This document shows, one piece after another, positions 29,349 through 36,284 of a DNA stretch of 64,000 nucleotides. Position 1 is the stretch's first letter, and the number at the start of each line of letters is the position of its first letter. Under the pieces are notes generated by a model. That model ran no database searches and was not told the origin of the DNA. It saw only the letters and a program-made list of their open reading frames with translations. The stretch comes from an uncultured Actinomycetes bacterium. GTDB taxonomy: Bacteria; Actinomycetota; Thermoleophilia; UBA2241. Where the stretch lies: positions 1 through 64,000 of the forward strand of contig CAVYCN010000011.1 in NCBI GenBank assembly GCA_963767005.1. The letters run 5' to 3'. The translations under genes and the position numbers were made by a program.

Positions 29349-30103
29349 CGTCCCGCCTCCAGCGCGGTGCGGCGGTCGGCCCCGATCGGGGCACCGAGGG
29401 CCGCGACCAGCTCGATGAGCCACGCGCGCAGCCCCTCGAGGTCGCTCAGGCCGAGCGAGCCCGCGGGCGCGCCGAGGATGCGCTCAGAGGCGCGCTCGGC
29501 GGCGCGCGAGGCGGCGAGCAGCTCGTCGGCGACGGCCGCGGGGTCGCCCGGGCCGAGCATGCGCGGCATCATCCACTCGCCGACGCCCTCCCAGAGCCAC
29601 ATCATCGCGCGCGTGGCCTGCACCGGGTCGGAGGCGGCGAAGCTGCCCTCGCCGCAGCCCTCGGCGACGATGCCCGACAGCAGCGGCACGAAGGCGTCGA
29701 GCGAGCGCCGCAGTCGCAGGCGCAGCGCCTGGTTCTCGTCGGCGTAGAGCACGCGCGAGTACTGCTCGGCGATCGCGAGGTTCTCGCGCTTCCAGCCCCA
29801 CATGAGCCCGATCACCGCACGGAGGCGCGCGGGGGCGTCGCCGGGCGTGTCGCGGACGAGCGGCTCGGCGGCGGCCAGCAACGCCGCCGTCTGGCGCTCG
29901 CAGACCTGCGCGAGCAGGTCGGCTTTCGAGGCGAAGTAGTGATAGAAGGTGCCCTTGGCGACCTGGACCGCGTCGGTGATGTCCTGCACGGCGACGCGCT
30001 CGTAGCCCCTCGTCAGGAAGAGCTGCAGGGCGACGTCGAGCAGCTCGGCGCGGCGGTCGTCGGCCGCCTTGACGACCCGCGGCCTGGCCCGATGCTCCGC
30101 CAT
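29345..30103 (-). CDS. TetR/AcrR family regulator
   Basis: ALQLFLTRGYERVAVQDITDAVQVAKGTFYHYFASK. Confidence 0.95.
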   Translation of the reverse strand: MAEHRARPRVVKAADDRRAELLDVALQLFLTRGYERVAVQDITDAVQVAKGTFYHYFASKADLLAQVCERQTAALLAAAEPLVRDTPGDAPARLRAVIGLMWGWKRENLAIAEQYSRVLYADENQALRLRLRRSLDAFVPLLSGIVAEGCGEGSFAASDPVQATRAMMWLWEGVGEWMMPRMLGPGDPAAVADELLAASRAAERASERILGAPAGSLGLSDLEGLRAWLIELVAALGAPIGADRRTALEAGR

Positions 30104-30113
30104 GTGCGCCTCC

Positions 30114-30168
30114 GGAAGTAGACTGACCGACGGTCGGTCACCGACCGACCGTCGGTCAGTCTACTTCC
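30114..30168. promoter_or_regulatory. Perfect 26-bp inverted repeat with nested palindromes (probable double TetR operator)
   Basis: GGAAGTAGACTGACCGACGGTCGGTC-ACC-GACCGACCGTCGGTCAGTCTACTTCC. Confidence 0.75.
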
Positions 30169-30201
30169 CCATCAGGCGCGCGACAACCCGCGGTCGGTCC
30201 C

Positions 30202-30906
30202 TCAGGCGGCCATCGGCTCGCCGCTCTCGGTACGCGGCATGCCCCGGTAGCCGACGACGAGCTCGGGACGGCCGGCGAACAGGAAGCTCGCGTTCATGTG
30301 GTCGCGCTCATCGAGACCGATCCGGCGGAACACGTCGGCCCAGGAGCGAAACGAGCCGAACTCGCCGACCAGACCGCTGCCCACGGGCTGGTCCTCCCAC
30401 TCGGGGTGGTCGGCCACGAGCTCGGCGTAGTAGTGCTCGGAGTGGTCCTCGAACTCGGCGTTCAGCAGGTACGCGCGGCCGACGCCAAGGCGCGCCATCG
30501 TCCACATCATGGCCGTGTAGCCCGCGAGCATCAGGAACGGGATCGGGCGCGTCATGTAGCGCGGGTCCTCGGTGCCCTCCTGCCGCAGCTTCTCGTTCAC
30601 GACGAGCAGGTGCCAGTACTCGTTGTCCTGGGCCTCGCGCGCCCAGCGCACGACCTCGCGCCCCTCGCGATAGAGCACGGGGTCGTCGTAGGCGAGCGAC
30701 ATGCGGCCGAGCTGGTGGCGCTCCCAGGCGCGGTAGGGGATCGACGCGAGCGCCTCTACCATGCGCGCCTTGGCGAGCGTCGTCTCGGGTCCCGCGAGCC
30801 TGTCCATCGCGCCGAAGAAGACGCGCGCGGCCGCCGAGTACGGGTAGCGCGGCCGGGCCGCCGTCGCCTGCTGCTCTCCGCGAAGATCGATGCCTTCCCG
30901 TTTCAT
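30202..30906 (-). CDS. Alternative oxidase/PTOX-like di-iron carboxylate protein (C-terminal part of ORF 30202..32031)
   Basis: VEALASIPY, DNEYWHLL, AYLLNAEFEDHSEHYY, DVFRRIGLDERDH match the four AOX/PTOX iron-ligand motifs; own ATG with a G-rich RBS. Confidence 0.78.
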   Translation of the reverse strand: MKREGIDLRGEQQATAARPRYPYSAAARVFFGAMDRLAGPETTLAKARMVEALASIPYRAWERHQLGRMSLAYDDPVLYREGREVVRWAREAQDNEYWHLLVVNEKLRQEGTEDPRYMTRPIPFLMLAGYTAMMWTMARLGVGRAYLLNAEFEDHSEHYYAELVADHPEWEDQPVGSGLVGEFGSFRSWADVFRRIGLDERDHMNASFLFAGRPELVVGYRGMPRTESGEPMAA

Positions 30907-32025
30907 CGTGACCCCCCTTGCCCCCGACTCTCCGTGCGCGCCAGCCTTTCCGCTGCGTGCAGCGCGAAAACCGTTGCCGGGCGCCGAGCCGGGTGGCCCT
31001 GCCGCCCCGGCCTCGCCGCCTGCCCCGGCCTCGCCGCCTGCCCCGGCCTCGCCGCCCGGCCCGGCCGTCCGTTCCTCGGCGAGGGTCGTGCGGACCTCCT
31101 GCCCGTGGCGGCGCTCCTCGACCTTCGCGAGGCGCCGCAGCGCGCGCCGGTCGGCCGCGGTCGGGGGGCGGTGCAGGATGCTGCGCGGCCACAGCCGCTC
31201 AGCGGTGACGACGTTGAGCTCGGCGGCGTAGAGCGTGACCTGCCCTCCCACGTACAGCCAGCCGAGCAGCCCGATCACGACGGCGAAGGTGCCGTAGGTG
31301 TTCGACGCCCCCCTCACCTCGTGCCCGACGTAGTAGCCGCCGAGCGCCTGCAGGACGGTCCACGCCGCGCCGGCGACGAGCGCGCCGGGCAGCACGGTCG
31401 ACCACGTTACCCGGGCGACCGTGAGCACGCGGAAGGCGAGCAGGAACACCGCGACGTTCAGCAGGAGCGAGAGCGCGACCCCGCCCACCGTCCACCACCA
31501 GGTGCCGCTGCCGCCGCCGAGCCCGCCCACGGCCGCGGCTACGACCAGGATCACGCCGAGGATCGCCAGCATGCCGACGCCGCGGGCGGCCGACATCATG
31601 ATGCTGGGCCGCCGCTTGAACGGCACGTTCCAGACCGTGTTGAGCGCGTTCTCCAGTTGACGTACGACCTGGGTGCCCGCCCAGAGCGCGATCGCGATGC
31701 CGAGCGCGAGCGAGAGCGCGGTGTGGCCGCCCAGGCTGTGCACGTTGCGGCGCAGGTCGTTGCCCACCACCGGGAAGTTGACGAGCGCCGAGTCGAGGAC
31801 GCGGTGCTGCAGGCCGGGGTGACCCGCGAGCACGATACCGAGCACGCTCACGAGCACGAGGAGCAGCGGAAAGATCGAGAAGAAGCCGTAGTAGGCGATG
31901 AGCGCGGCCAGGTTCCCGGCCTGGTCCTCGCTGAACTTGCGCCACGTGGCAAACGTGAAGGCGGGCACGCGGTGGCGTTGCTGCAACCTGTCGACGCCCT
32001 CGCCGATGCGACGGATCACGCCCAT
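30907..32025 (-). CDS. YihY/virulence factor BrkB family membrane protein (no stop; in frame with the AOX-like domain)
   Basis: LAALIAYYGFFSIFPLLL, ALNTVW, YGTFAVVIGLLGWLY, AAELN. Confidence 0.88.
31004..31056. repeat. 18-bp tandem repeat x3 encoding GGEAGA
   Basis: (T)GCCCCGGCCTCGCCGCC repeated three times in the YihY-AOX linker. Confidence 0.85.
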
Positions 32026-32033
32026 GTCCACGC

Positions 32034-32059
32034 ATACCCGCGGCTGCGGGAGAGCAAGC
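32034..32059 (-). promoter_or_regulatory. SigB/SigF-type stress promoter candidate
   Basis: GCTT-N16-GGGTAT ending 8 nt before the yihY ATG. Confidence 0.45.
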
Positions 32060-32067
32060 GGAGGACG

Positions 32068-33474
32068 TCAGGTGCGCCGGCGCGAGCGCTTGGTGGCGTA
32101 CATGCGGCGGTCGGCCTCGCGCAGCAGGTCGCCCAGGTCGGCGCCGCCGGCGCTGTGCAGGCCCATGCTCGCCGAAAGACGCTCGGCGACAGGCGCCGTC
32201 TCGTTGTGGCGGGCGATCGCCTCGTCGACCTTGCCCCCCACCCGGCGGGCGCCGTCGGCGTCGGTGCCGGGCATGAGCACCACGAACTCGTCGCCACCGT
32301 ACCGCGCCACGACGTCGGTCTCGCGGCAGCTCTCGACGAGCAGGCCGGCGAGCCTGCGCAGCAGCGTGTCGCCGGCCTCGTGACCGTAGCCGTCGTTGAC
32401 CTGCTTCATGCCGTCGAGGTCGAGGAACAGCACGCTGGCGACGCCACCGTTGCGGCGCACCTCCTTGGTGGTGCGCGACAGCGCGAGCTCGAGGTAGCTG
32501 CGGTTGTAGACGCCGGTCAGGCCGTCGCGCACCGCCATCTCGTCTTTCTCGCGGATCAGGCGGCGGTTGTCGAGGGCGATCGTGGCGTGCGCGGCGAACG
32601 TGCGGAACACGGTCTTCTGGTGGTCGCGGTAGCGCCGCGGGCGGGTCGAGAAGACACACAGCGCCCCGTAGGTGCCGCGATAGCTCTGCAGCGGCGTGGC
32701 GAGCAGTGTGCGCCAGCCGGCGGCGGCGAGCGCGCCGCCGGCGGTCGGGTCGCGCCCGTCGACCGCGACCGTCTCGCCGCTCAGCACGGCGCGTCCGAAC
32801 ACCGAGTCTTCGAGCGGCACGACGAACAGCCGTGCCGTGCGCTCGTCGAGGCCGTAGGCTTCGCTCGCGACCAGCACGTCGCCGCGCAGCACGAGCAGGA
32901 CCGCCTGCCGGGCGTCGAGCAGGCGCGCCGCCTCGGCCAGGATCGTGGTCTCGAGCGAGCCCGACACGACGCTGCGGGCCACCGTCTCGACGGCGGCCAG
33001 CAGACGCTGCTGAAGGTCGAGGTGGTCGAGCTGCTCGCGCAGGCGCACGGTCTGCTCGACCCTGCCGGCCAGCCGGTCGCACGCGGCCTCGGCCTGGGCC
33101 AGGCGTTCGCCGGAGCACGCCGCGGCGGCCTCGCCGAACGAGACGGCGACGCCGAAGACGCCGCGCTCGGTCCGCAACGGAAGAGCGAGCAGCGCCGCGC
33201 CGGCATCGGGGGCGGCCGGCGCTGCCGCGCCGGCCGCGGCATGCCAGGCCACGGCGCGGCGGGTGGTGAAGGCCTCGCCGGCGGGCCCTTCGTCGGTGCG
33301 AGCGCCTTCGACGACCGCCGCGAGCTCGTCGACCAGACCGCGCCGGCAGGCCAACTCGAAGACCGGTCCGTCGCTGAGCGCGATCCAGCCGGCGTCGCCA
33401 TGGGTCAGCGCGAGGATCTCGTCGAGGCCCGCGACGAGGGCGGCGTCGAGGTCGAGCGGCGAGGCTGCGGGCAG
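32068..33474 (-). CDS. GAF-domain diguanylate cyclase (GGDEF)
   Basis: DGLTGVYNR, DLDGMKQVNDGYGHEAGD, RETD I-site and RYGGDEF; two GAF-like domains; the start is uncertain. Confidence 0.9.
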   Translation of the reverse strand: MPAASPLDLDAALVAGLDEILALTHGDAGWIALSDGPVFELACRRGLVDELAAVVEGARTDEGPAGEAFTTRRAVAWHAAAGAAAPAAPDAGAALLALPLRTERGVFGVAVSFGEAAAACSGERLAQAEAACDRLAGRVEQTVRLREQLDHLDLQQRLLAAVETVARSVVSGSLETTILAEAARLLDARQAVLLVLRGDVLVASEAYGLDERTARLFVVPLEDSVFGRAVLSGETVAVDGRDPTAGGALAAAGWRTLLATPLQSYRGTYGALCVFSTRPRRYRDHQKTVFRTFAAHATIALDNRRLIREKDEMAVRDGLTGVYNRSYLELALSRTTKEVRRNGGVASVLFLDLDGMKQVNDGYGHEAGDTLLRRLAGLLVESCRETDVVARYGGDEFVVLMPGTDADGARRVGGKVDEAIARHNETAPVAERLSASMGLHSAGGADLGDLLREADRRMYATKRSRRRT

Positions 33475-33478
33475 AACG

Positions 33479-35206
33479 TCAGCTCCAGTGGTGCCCGGAG
33501 CCCGAGTGTCGCGAGCGACCGCCGTGCCGGCCGCCGCCGCCCTCGTGACCACCGTTCCCGCCGCCGTGACCACCGTTCCCGCCGCCCCAGTGATGGCCGA
33601 TCGACGGACCCGAGCGACCGCCGGCCTGGCCGTGCGACCAGCCCCCACGCGACTGCCGCGACGCGTGCCGGCCGCCCTCGTGAGACCTGGCGTGCCGGCG
33701 CGCGGCCGATGACCCGGCGGGCTCGCCGCCGTTGCGGCCGCGGTGGCGGTCGCCGTGGCGTGAGCCGCTCGACTCGTGACTCCGTGACCAGCTCTTGTGA
33801 GTGGGGCCGATCCGGTGAGCGAGCAGGGCCACCGGCGTGGTGGACCAGCTCCACAGCGACTCGCCGCCGGCGTGACGGCCGCCGCCCGAGCCATGACCGC
33901 CCAGCGCCGAGCCGCCCGCGCCGCCGCCCGACGCGCCGCCGCCGGAGCCGCTCGACGAGCCGTTCGATGCTGACGCGCCGCCCGAGGCCGACGTGCCGCC
34001 GGGATCCGCCGTGGACGAGCTCGTCCTGACCAGGCTCACGGTGCGCACGACGGCGACGGCCGGTCCGCTCGAGGTGCCCGCGCCGCTCGTTGCCGCGGTC
34101 TGTGAGCCGGTGCCCTGGGAGCGGGACGTGCTCGCCGCGGGACGGCGCGAGGAGGCCGGAGTGGGGACCTGAGCGGTCGGCGAGTGCGACGCCGCCGCCG
34201 ACGGTGCCGGTGGTGTGGCCGGCCGCAGATCGAGCTGTGAGACGTAGGCCGCCATGCCGGCGACGGCCACGAGGCAGGCCGCCGCGACGGTGTAGGCAGC
34301 GGCCCTGCTCGCCAGGGCGCGGCCGACCCTGGTCATGACGAGCGTCACGGCGGCAAGCGCCCCGCCCGTGGCGAGCGCCGAGCGCGCGCCCGGGGCCGCC
34401 TCGCGTCGTGGGGCGGCGACCGGTACGAACACCGGCGGTACCCGCAGAGCGGCAGGCAACGGGGCTGGAGCCGCCACGAGGGCGAGGCCGAAAGGCCCGG
34501 CCGGCCACGAGCGGGTGACTTTGCGGCAGACCCTGCAGTACGAGGCGTGCTCGTGGAGCCTGCGATCCTCGTCGCCGTCGCCCGCGGGGCGGCCGACGCC
34601 GCCGGCGGCGACCTGCTCGGCGAGCCGGCAGGCCGCCGGTCGCTCGGGCTCGGTCGCTTCGAAGGCCGCGAGGAACGCCTCGCGCGCCTTGAACAGGAGC
34701 GCCCTGGCGGCATCGACCGACAGGCCGAACACCTGGGCGAGCGCCTGGGGACGAAGACCGTGGATGTCGTGCAGCAGGAGAGCGACCGCGAGAGGCTCGT
34801 CGACCGTACGCAGCGCCTGCCCGAACCGGCGGCCGAGATCGGTGTCGTCGCTCAGGGCGAGCGCGCCGGCGGGCAGCGCCTCGCCTCGCGAGCCGGCGGG
34901 CGCCGCGTGCTCGCGGCAGGCGGCGAGGGCGGCGCGGTAGAGCCGCGCCTCGAGGTCGACGGCGCCGTCGTCGAGCAGGATCTGCCGGTAGGCGACGACG
35001 AAGGTCTCGTTCACGACGGCGGCGGCCTCGTCGGCGGGCACCAGGCAGCGTACCAGGCCGAACACCGAGAGCCGGTGGGTTTCGAAGAAGCGGATGAACG
35101 CGTCGCGTTCGCCGGAACGCAGAAGGGTCACGAAGGCGTCGGGGGGCTGGCCGGCGTTGCCGCCGGGCAGATCGCGTTCGCCGGGGGGTTCGAACGGTCT
35201 AGCCAT
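33479..35206 (-). CDS. ECF-type sigma factor fused to a zinc-finger (ZAS-like) domain, TM helix and low-complexity tail
   Basis: Region-2-like AFIRFFETHR...VVNETFVVAY, region-4-like LLLHDIHGL..QALAQVFGLS...LLFKAR, then HASYCRVC, a hydrophobic helix and a Ser/Gly/His-rich tail. Confidence 0.72.
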   Translation of the reverse strand: MARPFEPPGERDLPGGNAGQPPDAFVTLLRSGERDAFIRFFETHRLSVFGLVRCLVPADEAAAVVNETFVVAYRQILLDDGAVDLEARLYRAALAACREHAAPAGSRGEALPAGALALSDDTDLGRRFGQALRTVDEPLAVALLLHDIHGLRPQALAQVFGLSVDAARALLFKAREAFLAAFEATEPERPAACRLAEQVAAGGVGRPAGDGDEDRRLHEHASYCRVCRKVTRSWPAGPFGLALVAAPAPLPAALRVPPVFVPVAAPRREAAPGARSALATGGALAAVTLVMTRVGRALASRAAAYTVAAACLVAVAGMAAYVSQLDLRPATPPAPSAAASHSPTAQVPTPASSRRPAASTSRSQGTGSQTAATSGAGTSSGPAVAVVRTVSLVRTSSSTADPGGTSASGGASASNGSSSGSGGGASGGGAGGSALGGHGSGGGRHAGGESLWSWSTTPVALLAHRIGPTHKSWSRSHESSGSRHGDRHRGRNGGEPAGSSAARRHARSHEGGRHASRQSRGGWSHGQAGGRSGPSIGHHWGGGNGGHGGGNGGHEGGGGRHGGRSRHSGSGHHWS

Positions 35207-35215
35207 GCAACCTCT

Positions 35216-35242
35216 CTATCGGCAGCGGCGTCGCCGACATGA
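35216..35242 (-). promoter_or_regulatory. Sigma-28-like promoter for the ECF fusion/GGDEF operon
   Basis: TCAT-N15-GCCGATAG ending 9 nt before the ATG. Confidence 0.55.
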
Positions 35243-35476
35243 GCGTTTCGTTAGCGCTCCGCGACGCACCACCGACAGTTTTTGATTATACAGAGCGCCC
35301 GAAGCCGCGCATATCGACCGACGGCGCGGCCACCGCGGACCGCGCCGGGCCGGGGGCGACCGCGACCGTTCTCGCGGCGGCACGGATGCTGATAGCCTTG
35401 ACGCGGCCGTCGTCGCGAGCCCCGTTTCGGTGCTCGCGGCGAGGTCGCCTGGGTCGGGCGGACGGGAGTGCGGGCG

Positions 35477-36013
35477 ATGGGTGCGGACCTGAAGGAATGG
35501 TGCGAGCGCGCGGTGGCGATGGGCGCCGGCGCCGCCACGGAGACGGCGACGAGCAGGGTCGTGGTCGCCGAATGGGTGCGACTGAAGTGCCTGTACGGCT
35601 GCGACGAGCCCGGTGTCCACCGTACCTGCCCGCCCCACGCACCGCCGCTCGATCAGACGCGCCGCCTGCTCGGCGAGTTCACGCGCTCCCTCCTGCTCGA
35701 GACCGACCCGATCACCGGCTACGAGCGCAGCGACGACGAGTCACGCCACCTCAACACGGTCGGGCTGGCGCTCGAGCGCGAGCTGTTCCTGGCCGGCTTC
35801 TACCGCGCCTGGTTCATGGGCGCCGGGCCCTGCGACCTCTGCCGTGCCTGCGTGCGCGGCGACGAGTGCCCGACACCCGAGCGGGCGCGCCCTTCGATGG
35901 AGGGCTGCGGCCTCGACGTGTACGCCACGGCGCGTGCCGCCGGCCGCCGGATCGAGGTGGTACGCAGTCACGACGACGTCTATCGTTTCTTCGCACTCGT
36001 GCTGGTCGACTGA
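35477..36013 (+). CDS. DUF2284-like Cys-rich metal-binding protein
   Basis: KCLYGC...TCPP, AGPCDLCRAC...C, ARPSMEGCGLDV. Confidence 0.85.
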   Translation: MGADLKEWCERAVAMGAGAATETATSRVVVAEWVRLKCLYGCDEPGVHRTCPPHAPPLDQTRRLLGEFTRSLLLETDPITGYERSDDESRHLNTVGLALERELFLAGFYRAWFMGAGPCDLCRACVRGDECPTPERARPSMEGCGLDVYATARAAGRRIEVVRSHDDVYRFFALVLVD

Positions 36014-36031
36014 CGCAGCCCGCACTGCGCC

Positions 36032-36060
36032 TTGACAGCCGTCGTGGCCCTGCCAATACT
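36032..36060 (+). promoter_or_regulatory. Housekeeping promoter giving a leaderless transcript
   Basis: TTGACA-N17-AATACT, followed by ATG 6 nt later. Confidence 0.65.
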
Positions 36061-36066
36061 GCGCCC

Positions 36067-36177
36067 ATGGAGGACCGACGCAGACTGCTGGCCGAAGGCA
36101 CGCTCGTGAAGAGTTGGGTCGACTCGCTCTACACCGTCACCGTGCCGCCCAGACGCCCGCCGCGCCGGCGCCTCTAG
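36067..36177 (+). CDS. Putative 36-aa leader peptide (uORF)
   Basis: MEDRRRLLAEGTLVKSWVDSLYTVTVPPRRPPRRRL*, placed at the predicted transcription start. Confidence 0.55.
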   Translation: MEDRRRLLAEGTLVKSWVDSLYTVTVPPRRPPRRRL

Positions 36178-36284
36178 CCGCGTCGATCCCTCCCGCGCCC
36201 GCTTTCACCGACACGGCGCGGGCTACTCGCGCGTTCCTCGAGCGTCATCCACGCGCTGACCGCCGTGCACATGAAGGGGGAGCC

